Notes: a model not told the origin generated them from the letters alone. Counted from the stretch's first letter, positions 20,322 to 30,930 are shown. The stretch: 64,000 nt of DNA from Candidatus Azobacteroides sp. (GCA_021201815.1 JAJQEC010000056.1:5926-69925), one strand, 5' to 3'. Numbers and translations: made by a program.

Positions 20322-21371
20322 TTAAAGATTCACTTCATTCATTTTATTATTTTCCTGGAGATCTAAAAAATAATTTTCTTTTTTTCTATTAGACAAACGT
20401 TTTATGTAATCGTTTAAATAATATACTTCTTCTATTTCTTTTTTTGATCCGGCAGCGTTGAATTCTTCTAGAGATTGTGTTGCCCATGAAACAGCAAGAT
20501 CAAATTGGTTTTGTAATTCATAATATAAAGCAATGTTCGCAGCACATTGAGCTCGCTGACTAAGGCTATTACTATCAGCGTAAATTTTTTTCCACATTTC
20601 AAATGCTGCCTCCCAATTATCTTTTTTTACATATGCCGCTGCTTTTTTCATTTTACCGCTTTGGGAACTATAATATCTTCGGTATTCGGTTATCCAGTGA
20701 GGAATAATCTTTTTCATTGCGATTTCTCCTGTTCGTTCAGCTGCCGTTAATAACGCATCTTCCAGATAAGGTAACCGGGCTACTGCTGCCCCTGCATCTA
20801 TTCCATATTCATCCCAGAATATAGTATCATTTACCAGTACCGAATTTACTTTTAAACCATCCTCAGAAAAAATATTAAATAATGCTTTTGTATTTATTTC
20901 ATAAGTGGCTTGTATAATGCTGTAATCGGTTATTTCTTCTAATGTTAAGGTACTAGATACCTGATATAAATCTAAAGAAATAATACCATCGGTTTCTATT
21001 TCACTAAGAATGTTTTTTATATCCGGATATAAAAATGGAATATTTTCTGTAAAAGAAGATGTCCTAAAATGACTAACACTTTCAAAAAAATGCTCATCTT
21101 CCAGGTGATTCCATAAAGATTGGCATATAAGCTCCGGAATACTGTCCACCTGAACCTCAAGAATTTTTTCCTCTTTATTATAAATGAAAGAATGAGTCTC
21201 GTTTTTTTCCTGGATATTATTTTTTACAACGATATGTTGTATTTCTGAAGGTAAAACAATATTTGCGGGTTCTTTTACGTTAACTTGAATATAGGAAACG
21301 GTATCACATCCTGTAAGAAAGGATATATGCAAAATGAGGAAAAAGAGAATTTTATTTTTTACCACACACAT
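20322..21371 (-). CDS. hypothetical lipoprotein with C-terminal TPR-like helices (DUF6340-like guess)
   Basis: Lipobox ILHISFLTGCDT when started at the internal Met (complement of 21369-21371). The C-terminus DNWEAAFEMWKKIY...CAANIALYYELQNQFDLAVSWA is TPR-like. Confidence 0.6.
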   Translation of the reverse strand: MCVVKNKILFFLILHISFLTGCDTVSYIQVNVKEPANIVLPSEIQHIVVKNNIQEKNETHSFIYNKEEKILEVQVDSIPELICQSLWNHLEDEHFFESVSHFRTSSFTENIPFLYPDIKNILSEIETDGIISLDLYQVSSTLTLEEITDYSIIQATYEINTKALFNIFSEDGLKVNSVLVNDTIFWDEYGIDAGAAVARLPYLEDALLTAAERTGEIAMKKIIPHWITEYRRYYSSQSGKMKKAAAYVKKDNWEAAFEMWKKIYADSNSLSQRAQCAANIALYYELQNQFDLAVSWATQSLEEFNAAGSKKEIEEVYYLNDYIKRLSNRKKENYFLDLQENNKMNEVNL

Positions 21372-21642
21372 TCGAACCGGATCCATTAAGTTAGACATAT
21401 GTTACCTAAAAAGTTTTTCAGGCATGTCTTTGCAAAGATAAATTATTTCTGAGAGCTCTTTCGTTTTTTCTTTATTTTTTAAAAGATAAAATGAAGATAC
21501 TCATTACTTAAAACGTTTAAATTCAATATCAAATTCACAGTCGGTAAAAATTGTTAAAATAAATATTCTAATGAATTAATTATTTTAAGGCATATAATTA
21601 CATATAATCGGTTAATGTAAATAATAAGTTCCATTATTTTTT

Positions 21643-21650
21643 TACTTTTG
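21643..21650 (+). promoter_or_regulatory. candidate -7 promoter element (TACTTTTG)
   Basis: TAnnTTTG match 47 bp upstream of the ATG at 21697. Confidence 0.35.
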
Positions 21651-21696
21651 CCTTTCTCTTTTTATAACTTAAAATATGTACTTTTTATTATATAAA

Positions 21697-22596
21697 ATGA
21701 AAACAAAAATTAAATATTTTTTGCTTTTTCTCTTTTGCCCTTTTTTTTCTCTTTTTTCTCAGGAGTTAAATTGTCGAGTTACAGTCAATAGTGATAAAAT
21801 TCAGTCTACTAATAAAGATATTTTTACTCAGATGGAAACTGCAATCAGGGAATTTATGAATAATCAGAAATGGACAAATTATAAAATTTCCAATGCAGAA
21901 AGGATTGATTGTTCTCTTTTTATTACGATAAGTGAAATGCCGGCAGAGAATCAATTTGTCGCTGATTTACAAATTCAATCCGTGCGTCCGGTCTATAATG
22001 CTTCATACACCACTACAACTTTTAATTTCAGGGATGCATCTTTTGAATTTAATTTTGACCAGTATGAGCAACTGGAATTTAGAGATAATAATTTAACGAA
22101 CAATCTTACTGCAGTTCTTGCTTTTTATGCCTATATTATATTAGGGGTTGATTTTGATAGTTTTTCATTATATGGTGGTACTCCGTTTTTTGAAGTGGCA
22201 ATGAATATTGTTAATCAGGCCCAGTCTTTCGTTGAGACCGGATGGCGGGCATTTGATAAAAATAATAATCGGCATGCAGTTGCATCCGGGTATGTAGATG
22301 AACAAATGAAGCCTTATCGTAATATGTGGTATATTTATCATCGTCAGGGATTAGATGATATGGCTGCAAATGCCGAGCGGGGAAGAGGTAAGATTACGGC
22401 AGCACTCCCGGCATTGAAAGAGTCATATGATGCAAGACCCGGAAATGTGGTATTTACCATTTTCAGTGATACCAAAGCAGATGAAATATTGAATATATAT
22501 TCAAAAGCACAAACCGCAGAAAAACAAGAAGTCTATAAATTAATGACCGGACTTTTCCCTACACTTACTAATCGTCTAAGTGCTTTGCAACGATGA
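21697..22596 (+). CDS. DUF4835-family protein (family labelled T9SS PorD in some annotations)
   Basis: Signal peptide followed by ELNCRVTVNSDKIQSTNKDIFTQMETAIREFMNNQKWTN, which I recognise as the DUF4835 N-terminal block. The family call is from memory. Confidence 0.6.
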   Translation: MKTKIKYFLLFLFCPFFSLFSQELNCRVTVNSDKIQSTNKDIFTQMETAIREFMNNQKWTNYKISNAERIDCSLFITISEMPAENQFVADLQIQSVRPVYNASYTTTTFNFRDASFEFNFDQYEQLEFRDNNLTNNLTAVLAFYAYIILGVDFDSFSLYGGTPFFEVAMNIVNQAQSFVETGWRAFDKNNNRHAVASGYVDEQMKPYRNMWYIYHRQGLDDMAANAERGRGKITAALPALKESYDARPGNVVFTIFSDTKADEILNIYSKAQTAEKQEVYKLMTGLFPTLTNRLSALQR

Positions 22597-22652
22597 ACAA
22601 AATAGACTGAACACCTGTTGTTTGAGCAAAGTGCTTCTATATTTAAAAGAAA

Positions 22653-23882
22653 ATGCATTTACCTTTACTCATAGCCAGAAGATATTTATTTTCAAAAAAA
22701 TCTCATAGTGCGATTAACTTTATATCGCTTGTTTCGGTATGTGGCGTTGCTGTAGCTACTATGGCTCTGGTATGTGCATTATCTGTTTTGAATGGATTTC
22801 AGGATTTGATTTCAGGTTTATATAATCAGATAGATCCGGAACTGAAAATATACCCAGCTAAAGGAAAAGTTTTCAATTCTCAGGATGAAAAGCTCCTGGA
22901 ACTAAGAAATTGGGAAGAAATAGCCATTATTTCCGAAACTTTGGAAGATAATGGTTTAATAAAATATGCAGATCGGCAGGTAATAGGAACTGTTAAAGGG
23001 GTAGATAATAATTTTTTTCATTTAACGGATATGGAAGAAATTCTATATGCCGGAGATTTTATCCTGAGTGACAGTGTAGCGAATTATGCTACTTTAGGAA
23101 TAGGATTGGCAAGTAAATTAGGAATACGGGTAAATTATATGGACCCCGTGGAAGTTTATATGCCTAACCGAACTTCTAAAGTAAATATATCTAATCCTTC
23201 AACCGCTTTTAACTTTGATTACCTCTATGTGACCGGTATATTTTCGATCTATCAACCGAAGTATGATGACCATTATATTATTGTACCTTTGGCTGTCGTT
23301 CGGGAAATGTTGGATTATGACAATGAAGTTTCTGCTATAGAAATAAAGAGTAGCCCCAAGGGAGATATCGAGAAAACAAAGAAGAAACTTCAAAAATATC
23401 TGGGGGAAAATTATATAATAAAAGACCGGCAGGAGCAGCAGGAGGATGCATACAGGGTCGTACAGATTGAAAAATGGATGACTTTCCTGCTTTTGTTATT
23501 TATTTTGCTAATAGCTACTTTTAATGTCATTGGTTCGCTTTCTATGTTAATCATTGACAAAAAAGAAGATGTGCGAACTCTTAAGAATCTGGGAGCAGAT
23601 AAAAAATTGATATTCAGAATTTTTTTATTTGAAGGTTGGATGATTACTCTGGTAGGAGCTTTAATCGGAATAATTGCAGGAATTGGATTATGCCTTTTGC
23701 AGCAACATTTCGGATTTCTTCGTTTAGGTGACGGAACAGAAGCTTTTATTGTAAACGCCTATCCGGTTCAGTTACAGTTTTCGGATATTGTTATCGTATT
23801 TCTCACTGTTATTCTATTGGGATTAATAACTGCATGGTTCCCCGCTAAAAATGCTTCCGAAGGAGAGGTTGTTAGCCAATAA
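22653..23882 (+). CDS. ABC transporter permease, LolE/FtsX family
   Basis: N-terminus LLIARRYLFSKKSHSAINFISLVSVCGVAVATMAL, a periplasmic MacB-like core and C-terminal FtsX helices. Confidence 0.8.
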   Translation: MHLPLLIARRYLFSKKSHSAINFISLVSVCGVAVATMALVCALSVLNGFQDLISGLYNQIDPELKIYPAKGKVFNSQDEKLLELRNWEEIAIISETLEDNGLIKYADRQVIGTVKGVDNNFFHLTDMEEILYAGDFILSDSVANYATLGIGLASKLGIRVNYMDPVEVYMPNRTSKVNISNPSTAFNFDYLYVTGIFSIYQPKYDDHYIIVPLAVVREMLDYDNEVSAIEIKSSPKGDIEKTKKKLQKYLGENYIIKDRQEQQEDAYRVVQIEKWMTFLLLLFILLIATFNVIGSLSMLIIDKKEDVRTLKNLGADKKLIFRIFLFEGWMITLVGALIGIIAGIGLCLLQQHFGFLRLGDGTEAFIVNAYPVQLQFSDIVIVFLTVILLGLITAWFPAKNASEGEVVSQ

Positions 23883-23978
23883 AAATATGTCTTCTCTCTG
23901 TTTTTTATATTCAGAATTTTTTTATCTGAAGAATAATCTTCTTTTTGTGGAAAATAAGCACAAATTTTTCCTCTTCCA

Positions 23979-24010
23979 TTTGCCCACAATCACCTTTTCT
24001 TGTATCTTTG
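23979..24010 (+). promoter_or_regulatory. candidate nqr operon promoter (-33 TTTG, -7 TATCTTTG)
   Basis: TTTG at 23979-23982 and TAnnTTTG at 24003-24010, separated by 20 nt. The element sits 30 bp upstream of the nqrA ATG. Confidence 0.5.
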
Positions 24011-24039
24011 CGCAAATTTTTATTAAAACATAAAAGTAG

Positions 24040-25404
24040 ATGTCAAAGGTGATAAAAATTAAAAGAGGTTTAAACATTAAACTTCTTGGAAAAGCCGAGA
24101 AGAAACTTTCTGCAGAAACAATCCACCCATCCGTATTCGCTATATCTCCCGGAGATTTTCATGGAATTCCGCCAAAGCTTACCATAAAAGAAGGTGAAGT
24201 CGTAAAAGCCGGAACCACATTGTTTACTGATAAAAGACGTCCTGAAATTAAATTTGTTTCACCGGTAAGTGGAGTCGTAAGTAAAATCGTCCGTGGCGAA
24301 AAAAGGAAATTACTCACAATAGAAATAGAGGCAGAGCCAACAATTCAATATCAGGATTTCGGAAAGAAAAATATCACTTCCCTGACAGATATTCAAATTA
24401 AGGAATATTTACTGGAAGCTGGCGTATGGCCTTTTATCAAGCAACGTCCTTATGACCTCATTGCAAGTCCGGTGGATGTTCCGCGGGATATTTTTATTTC
24501 CGGCTTTGATAGTGCTCCTTTAGCTCCGGATATGGATTTCGTACTGGAAGGCGAAAAAGAAAATTTTCAAACAGGTATCAATGCATTGGCTAAGTTAACA
24601 AAAGGAAAAGTTTACTTGGGACTTTCTGTAAAAACTTCTTCTTCTGTCCTTAAAAATACAAAAAATGCTGAAATTATAGAGTTTGACGGACCTCATCCTG
24701 CGGGGAATGTAGGTGTACAGATTCATCATATCAAACCAATCAACCAGGGAGAAGTTGTATGGACAATCCATCCTGCTGATGTGGTAGTAATCGGACGCCT
24801 TTTCAATGAAGGAATTGCTGATTTTACCCGGGTGATTGCTTTTACCGGTTCCGAAGTGGAAGAAAGGATATATACAAAGATTCTTCCGGGTGCTTCTATT
24901 AAAGGAAAAATAAAAGTAAATAAGGGAAAGGAATTACGTTATATCAGTGGGAATGTGCTTACCGGAAAACGAATCCCGGCAGATGGTTTCCTGGGATTTT
25001 ATGATCATCAGATAACTGTTATTCCCGAAGGAAAAGAAAAGAATGATATATTGGGATGGATCAGTCCCGGATTTACTAAATATAGTGTGCATTCCAGCTT
25101 TGTTTCCTGGTTTCTTGATAAGTTCGGTAAAAACAGGGAATATGTAATAGATGCACGTCTTAAAGGCGGTGAAAGGGCTATTATTATGTCACATGAATAT
25201 GATAAAGTCTTTCCGATGGATATATATCCTGAATATTTGATAAAAGCTACCCTGGCTTTCAATATTGACCGGATGGAGCAATTAGGTATTTATGAAGTTG
25301 CACCTGAAGATTTCGCATTGTGTGAATTTGTTGATACTTCTAAGCTGGAAATTCAACGGATTATAAGAGAAGGACTGGATAAATTACACTCGGAAATGAC
25401 ATAA
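24040..25404 (+). CDS. nqrA: Na+-translocating NADH-quinone reductase subunit A
   Basis: N-terminus MSKVIKIKRGLNIKLLGKAEK and the block FDGPHPAGNVGVQIHHI. Length 454 aa. First gene of the nqr cluster. Confidence 0.9.
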   Translation: MSKVIKIKRGLNIKLLGKAEKKLSAETIHPSVFAISPGDFHGIPPKLTIKEGEVVKAGTTLFTDKRRPEIKFVSPVSGVVSKIVRGEKRKLLTIEIEAEPTIQYQDFGKKNITSLTDIQIKEYLLEAGVWPFIKQRPYDLIASPVDVPRDIFISGFDSAPLAPDMDFVLEGEKENFQTGINALAKLTKGKVYLGLSVKTSSSVLKNTKNAEIIEFDGPHPAGNVGVQIHHIKPINQGEVVWTIHPADVVVIGRLFNEGIADFTRVIAFTGSEVEERIYTKILPGASIKGKIKVNKGKELRYISGNVLTGKRIPADGFLGFYDHQITVIPEGKEKNDILGWISPGFTKYSVHSSFVSWFLDKFGKNREYVIDARLKGGERAIIMSHEYDKVFPMDIYPEYLIKATLAFNIDRMEQLGIYEVAPEDFALCEFVDTSKLEIQRIIREGLDKLHSEMT

Positions 25405-25466
25405 AAACAGTTTTGGTATTTCCTTAACCCATTCCATTGTTGTTTTCCTGTTTTCAGATATAATAA

Positions 25467-26213
25467 ATGAAAATAATAAAAATATTCATCTTTTTCTGGT
25501 TTGTTCCACTGCTGGTATTTTCTCAGTATATAGATGTAGTACAGAAAAACAATATAACAGGATTAAAAGAACAAACAGAATTTGAATATCTTTTTAATCC
25601 GGATACGGAAAAGTTAACTCCGGTAGCTATCCTGAGAGCATGGGGAAAATACAACATTTCTCAATTGTTCAACACAGTCAGAGAGGAAGCAAATAAGCTG
25701 GGAGCCAATTGCTTTATTGTAACGGAATATGTAAATGATGATATGACCAGTAAAAATTCTTCTTTGACATTGAATGTCTATTTTGCTGAAGAGAATATTT
25801 TAATGGAGAATGACCGGAAAAAGGAAAAAAATGTTGTTTACATTTTCGGCAAAGATAAAGCAGGAAAAGGGAAGACATCTTTTAAGTTTAATGGAGAAAA
25901 AACGGATATTCCGAACAGGGAATTTTTTCGTTATGAACCGGAAGCTTATGAGAATATAAATATTAAGAAAGGTGGCATTTTCGGTGCGGATTTACAGATT
26001 TCGGGAGTCACCATTAGTAATATTCCGGTATATCTGACTTTATCGGGTTTAGGAGTACAACAAACACTTCCTTTTGGTAATGAAGCGGTAGAAAGACCTT
26101 ATAATGGAAGTGCTTATGGAATAGCAATCAATACGGGAAGTATTAAATTTATGGAACCTGCTTTAGCCAATGTATTAATTCAGGTTTGGAAAAAGAAGGA
26201 TAATAACGATTAA
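25467..26213 (+). CDS. hypothetical secreted protein inserted between nqrA and nqrB
   Basis: 248-aa ORF with signal peptide MKIIKIFIFFWFVPLLVFSQ. It is co-oriented with the operon, 62 bp after nqrA and 30 bp before nqrB. No family recognised. Confidence 0.65.
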   Translation: MKIIKIFIFFWFVPLLVFSQYIDVVQKNNITGLKEQTEFEYLFNPDTEKLTPVAILRAWGKYNISQLFNTVREEANKLGANCFIVTEYVNDDMTSKNSSLTLNVYFAEENILMENDRKKEKNVVYIFGKDKAGKGKTSFKFNGEKTDIPNREFFRYEPEAYENINIKKGGIFGADLQISGVTISNIPVYLTLSGLGVQQTLPFGNEAVERPYNGSAYGIAINTGSIKFMEPALANVLIQVWKKKDNND

Positions 26214-26243
26214 AACAAGATCATACACACGTTCTGGATAAAC

Positions 26244-27449
26244 ATGAAATCATTAAGAAACTTTTTAGACAAAATCAAACCCAATTTTGAACCCGGAGGA
26301 AAACTTCAGGCTTTTCAATCTGTATTTGAAGGTTTTGAAACATTTTTATTTGTTCCGAATACCACTTCCAAATCCGGGGTACACATTCACGATAGTAATG
26401 ATAGTAAACGGACGATGTCCATGGTGGTACTTGCTCTCGTACCTGCGTTATTATTCGGAATGTATAATGTAGGATACCAGCATTACCTGGCAATTGGACA
26501 ATTAAGTACCGGTTTCTGGAATATTTTCGTTTTCGGACTATTGGCTGTTCTTCCTCAATTGATCATATCTTACGGAGTCGGCTTAGGAATAGAGTTTATA
26601 GTCGCTCAATGGCGCAAACACGAAATTCAGGAAGGATTTCTGGTAACAGGAATTCTTATTCCTTTGATTATACCGGTTGATACTCCATTATGGATGATTG
26701 CTGTAGCTACTGCTTTTTCCGTAATATTTGCCAAAGAGGTTTTCGGAGGAACCGGAATGAATATCTTCAATGTCGCTTTGATAACAAGAGTATTCCTATT
26801 TTTTTCTTATCCTTCAAAAATGTCCGGAGATTCAATATGGGTTCGCCTGGGAGATACCTTCGGCCTGGGAAAAGGTACTTCGGTAGATGCTTATACCGGT
26901 GCTACTCCACTGGGACAGATTGCAACCGCTGCGGAAAGTACAATCCAGCCAACCGATATAGTAGGAAATACGTTATCATTATGGGATATGTTCCTTGGAT
27001 TGATTCCTGGTTCCGTAGGAGAAACTTCTACATTAGCAATATTACTGGGTGCCGCTGTTTTGCTTATTACAAGAGTAGCAAGCTGGAAAATCATGTTTTC
27101 TGTATTTGTTGGAGGTTTTTGCATGGGAACAGTTTTCAATCTGATCGGTACAACTGCAGCTATGAATACCCCAGCTATTGAGCATTTATTATTAGGAGGA
27201 TTTGCTTTTGGTGCGGTTTTTATGGCTACTGATCCGGTAACAGGAGCACGGACTGAAACCGGAAAATATATTTATGGATTTCTCGTTGGTGTATTCGGAA
27301 TTATGATTCGTGTAATCAATCCCGGTTTCCCCGAAGGAGTAATGTTAGCTATCTTGTTAATGAATGTATTTGCTCCGCTAATTGATTATTATGTCGTACA
27401 GGCTAATATCAATCGTCGTCTGAAAAGAGCTAAAGTAAAAAATAATTAA
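26244..27449 (+). CDS. nqrB: Na+-translocating NADH-quinone reductase subunit B
   Basis: Polytopic membrane protein with the FMN-attachment region FMATDPVTGA. Length 401 aa. Confidence 0.9.
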   Translation: MKSLRNFLDKIKPNFEPGGKLQAFQSVFEGFETFLFVPNTTSKSGVHIHDSNDSKRTMSMVVLALVPALLFGMYNVGYQHYLAIGQLSTGFWNIFVFGLLAVLPQLIISYGVGLGIEFIVAQWRKHEIQEGFLVTGILIPLIIPVDTPLWMIAVATAFSVIFAKEVFGGTGMNIFNVALITRVFLFFSYPSKMSGDSIWVRLGDTFGLGKGTSVDAYTGATPLGQIATAAESTIQPTDIVGNTLSLWDMFLGLIPGSVGETSTLAILLGAAVLLITRVASWKIMFSVFVGGFCMGTVFNLIGTTAAMNTPAIEHLLLGGFAFGAVFMATDPVTGARTETGKYIYGFLVGVFGIMIRVINPGFPEGVMLAILLMNVFAPLIDYYVVQANINRRLKRAKVKNN

Positions 27450-27489
27450 TAGCACTATAAAGTACCTATAGGACTTAAATATTGAAAAA

Positions 27490-28185
27490 ATGAATAGAGA
27501 AGGAAATACATATACTATCGTATACGCTGCTGTAATGGTGATTATTGTTGCTGTTCTACTGGCTTTTACGGCAGAATCTCTGAAATCACGGCAGAATCAG
27601 AATGCAGAAATTGATAAAAAAACACAACTTCTTCGTTCTATTAGAATATCTTCTAATGCAGACAATGCAGATAATTTATATAATCAGAATATTACTGATT
27701 CGTATTTGGTAAATACAAATGGAGAAAGAGTGGATGGGGATGCTTTTGCTGTAGATCAGGAGTTTGATAAAGAAATGAGAAAACCGATGGAGGAAAGAAC
27801 ACTTCCGGTATATGAAGCTTCAGTAGAAGGCAGTAAAAAATACATTTTACCACTATATGGATCCGGTTTATGGGGGCCAATCTGGGGGTATGTGGCGTTA
27901 GATGAAGATAAATCAACCATCTATGGAGCGACTTTCGGGCATAAAGGAGAAACTCCGGGACTTGGTGCTGAGATTGATACCAAATGGTTTCAGGAAGAAT
28001 TTTATGATAAAAAGATTTCCCGTGATGGTAAATTTACTTCGGTTGCTGTGCTGAAAGCAGGCCAGACAAGAACTGATATGGATTATGTGGATGGTATATC
28101 AGGAGGAACCATTACCAGCCAGGGAGTGGATGAAATGTTAAAACATTCTCTGGAACAATACAAAGCATTTTTAGGATTACAATAA
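27490..28185 (+). CDS. nqrC: Na+-translocating NADH-quinone reductase subunit C
   Basis: Single N-terminal TM helix and FMN-binding motif ISGGTITSQGV. Confidence 0.9.
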   Translation: MNREGNTYTIVYAAVMVIIVAVLLAFTAESLKSRQNQNAEIDKKTQLLRSIRISSNADNADNLYNQNITDSYLVNTNGERVDGDAFAVDQEFDKEMRKPMEERTLPVYEASVEGSKKYILPLYGSGLWGPIWGYVALDEDKSTIYGATFGHKGETPGLGAEIDTKWFQEEFYDKKISRDGKFTSVAVLKAGQTRTDMDYVDGISGGTITSQGVDEMLKHSLEQYKAFLGLQ

Positions 28186-28250
28186 GGAATATTACATTTC
28201 CTTAAAAAATAAAGAAAAGAAAAATAAAACATATTTAACAAAAACTTATT

Positions 28251-28886
28251 ATGAGTTTGTTATCTTCAAGAAATAGAAAAGTATTAGTCGATCCGCTAAG
28301 TAAGTCTAACCCGGTTATAATTCTGGTATTGGGTATTTGTTCGGCACTGGCTGTTACAGCCAAATTAGAGCCTGCGCTGGTCATGTCAATTTCGGTAATC
28401 GTAGTAGTAGCATTTTCCAATGTGATTGTTTCGTTACTGAGAAATACAATTCCTGCCCGTATCCGTATTATTGTTCAACTCGTAGTTGTAGCTACCCTGG
28501 TTACTATTGTAAATGAAGTATTAAAAGCTTTTGCATATGATGTAAGCAAGCAATTATCCGTTTTTGTAGGGCTGATTATTACCAATTGTATCCTGATGGG
28601 ACGTCTTGAGGCATTTGCATTGGGAAATAAACCCTGGCCGGCATTTATCGATGGTATCGGGAATGGATTAGGATATGGCATTATTCTGGTGATTGTCGGT
28701 TTTTTCAGGGAATTATTAGGTTCCGGGACTTTATTTGATTATCAAATTATTCCTTCCTCATTCTATGAAGCAGGATATGAAAATAACGGACTTATGATTC
28801 TTCCTCCCATGGCATTGATTGTGGTTGCATGTATTATCTGGGTACATCGTATTATGAATAAAGACCTGCAGGAAGATAATAATTAA
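28251..28886 (+). CDS. nqrD: Na+-translocating NADH-quinone reductase subunit D
   Basis: NqrD/RnfE-type membrane protein (NPVIILVLGICSALAVT, ITNCILMGR). Confidence 0.9.
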   Translation: MSLLSSRNRKVLVDPLSKSNPVIILVLGICSALAVTAKLEPALVMSISVIVVVAFSNVIVSLLRNTIPARIRIIVQLVVVATLVTIVNEVLKAFAYDVSKQLSVFVGLIITNCILMGRLEAFALGNKPWPAFIDGIGNGLGYGIILVIVGFFRELLGSGTLFDYQIIPSSFYEAGYENNGLMILPPMALIVVACIIWVHRIMNKDLQEDNN

Positions 28887-28918
28887 AAGAGAAGCTCTAA
28901 AAGATAAAATAAACACGC

Positions 28919-29536
28919 ATGGAAAATCTTATTAATATATTTGTTAAGTCGGTTTTTATTGATAACATGGTATTTGCATATTTCTTAGGAATGTGTTCTT
29001 ACCTTGCGGTATCGAAAACCGTAAAAACGGCAATGGGATTAGGTATTGCTGTAACTTTTGTGTTGTTAGTTACTCTTCCTATTAACTATTTGCTTGAAAA
29101 TTATATTCTAAAACCAGGTGCTCTCGCCTGGGCAGGTGAATCTTTCGCTGAACTGGATTTCAGCTTTCTGAGTTTTATTATTTTTATAGCTGTTATTGCT
29201 TCCATTGTTCAGCTTGTAGAAATGGTTGTGGAAAAGTATTCTCCGGCTTTATATGATTCATTAGGTATATTTCTCCCTTTGATCGCAGTAAACTGTGCGA
29301 TCCTTGGAGGTTCTTTGTTTATGCAGGAAAAAAACTTTCTTAATATCGGAGAGGCTACTTCCTATGCATTAGGATCGGGAATAGGCTGGTTGTTAGCTAT
29401 CTTAGGACTGGCTGCCATCCGGGAAAAATTACAATATTCAAATGTCCCGGGACCATTAAAAGGATTAGGAATAACTTTTATTATTACCGGTCTTATGGGT
29501 ATTGCTTTCATGAGCTTCCTGGGAATAAAATTATAA
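28919..29536 (+). CDS. nqrE: Na+-translocating NADH-quinone reductase subunit E
   Basis: NqrE/RnfA-type membrane protein (FLGMCSYLAVS, IAVNCAILGG). Confidence 0.9.
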   Translation: MENLINIFVKSVFIDNMVFAYFLGMCSYLAVSKTVKTAMGLGIAVTFVLLVTLPINYLLENYILKPGALAWAGESFAELDFSFLSFIIFIAVIASIVQLVEMVVEKYSPALYDSLGIFLPLIAVNCAILGGSLFMQEKNFLNIGEATSYALGSGIGWLLAILGLAAIREKLQYSNVPGPLKGLGITFIITGLMGIAFMSFLGIKL

Positions 29537-29601
29537 GATAGTTCTTAAGAAGGCAAGTCAATTAAAATGATAAACAATTATTATAATAAATCACATACAG
29601 T

Positions 29602-30870
29602 ATGTTTTTATTGATATCTAAAGGAGTACTGACCATTGGTATAAGTATTATTGTTTTCCTGACACTGGTAATGATACTGGTTGCTTTGCTGTTACTTGCA
29701 AAACAGAAATTAATACCACAGGGAGATGTTAAACTGACTATTAATGGGGAAAAAGAAATTATTACAAAACCCGGTGGAAATGTATTGAACACATTGGGTA
29801 ACAATCAGATTTTTCTTCCGTCTGCATGCGGAGGAGGAGGAACATGCGGTATGTGCCGTTGCCAGGTGCCTGAAGGTGGAGGAGGCATACTTCCTACCGA
29901 AACAGGATTCTTTTCCCGGAAGGAAATTCAGAATAACTGGCGGTTAGGTTGTCAGGTGAAAATTAAAAATGATATTAAAGTAGAAATCCCGAAGGAGATT
30001 CTTGGTATTAAAAAATGGGAATGCGAAGTTATTTCTAACAAAAATGTCGCTTCTTTTATTAAAGAATTTGTCGTAAAACTACCGGAAGAAGAAACATTGG
30101 ATTTTATTTCAGGAGGATATATTCAAATTGATGTACCTAAGTATTCCATGAAGTTTAAAGATATCCAGGTAGAAGACCGCTTTAAAGCCGAATGGGATAA
30201 ATTTAAAATGTGGGATTTGGAATGTACTAATGAAGAAGAAACTTACCGGGCATATTCCATGGCTAATCACCCTGCAGAAGGAAATATTGTCATGTTGAAT
30301 ATACGTATTGCTACACCTCCTTTTGATAAAGCTACCGGAGGATGGGCTAAAAATATTAAACCGGGTATTTGTTCTTCCTATATCTTTAATTGTAAACCAG
30401 GAGATAAGGTAACGGTTTCCGGACCTTATGGAGAATTCCACCCGATTCTGGATTCTAAAGCAGAAATGTTATATGTGGGTGGTGGTGCCGGTATGGCTCC
30501 TCTTCGTTCGCACATTTTACACTTATTGGATACACTGAAAATTACGGACCGGAAAATTTCTTACTGGTACGGAGCCCGTTCAAAAGGGGAGATCTTCTAC
30601 GAAGAAAAGTTCCGGGAACTGGAAAAGGAATTTCCTAACTTTAAGTTTAATATTGCTTTGTCCGAGCCATTGCCGGAAGATAACTGGACCGGGTATATCG
30701 GATTTATTCATCAGGTTTTATATGATAACTATCTGAAAGATCATGAAGCTCCGGAAGATATAGAATATTACATGTGTGGTCCTGGTCCTATGGCAAAAGC
30801 TGTAGAAAATATGCTTGACAGCATTGGAGTACCACCTAATATGCTGATGTTTGATGATTTCGGATCATAA
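29602..30870 (+). CDS. nqrF: Na+-translocating NADH-quinone reductase subunit F
   Basis: N-terminal TM helix, 2Fe-2S motif CGGGGTCGMCRC, and FAD/NADH domain motifs RAYSMAN, GGGAGMAPL and MCGPGPM. Confidence 0.92.
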   Translation: MFLLISKGVLTIGISIIVFLTLVMILVALLLLAKQKLIPQGDVKLTINGEKEIITKPGGNVLNTLGNNQIFLPSACGGGGTCGMCRCQVPEGGGGILPTETGFFSRKEIQNNWRLGCQVKIKNDIKVEIPKEILGIKKWECEVISNKNVASFIKEFVVKLPEEETLDFISGGYIQIDVPKYSMKFKDIQVEDRFKAEWDKFKMWDLECTNEEETYRAYSMANHPAEGNIVMLNIRIATPPFDKATGGWAKNIKPGICSSYIFNCKPGDKVTVSGPYGEFHPILDSKAEMLYVGGGAGMAPLRSHILHLLDTLKITDRKISYWYGARSKGEIFYEEKFRELEKEFPNFKFNIALSEPLPEDNWTGYIGFIHQVLYDNYLKDHEAPEDIEYYMCGPGPMAKAVENMLDSIGVPPNMLMFDDFGS

Positions 30871-30892
30871 GAAATAAAGATAATTGTTTTTA

Positions 30893-30930
30893 ATGCCAGA
30901 ATTTTATTTAAAACTCTGGCATTTTTCTTT
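30893..30930 (+). terminator. rho-independent terminator of the nqr operon
   Basis: Stem atgccaga (30893-30900) / tctggcat (30915-30922), followed by TTTTTCTTTT. Confidence 0.7.

Noticed and set aside
26690-27181. 163-aa plus-strand ORF in an alternative frame inside nqrB (with others at 26275-26493, 26287-26472 and 26891-27139)
   Set aside because: It lies entirely within the well-supported nqrB frame. The composition is Cys/Arg/Tyr-rich, typical of off-frame translation.
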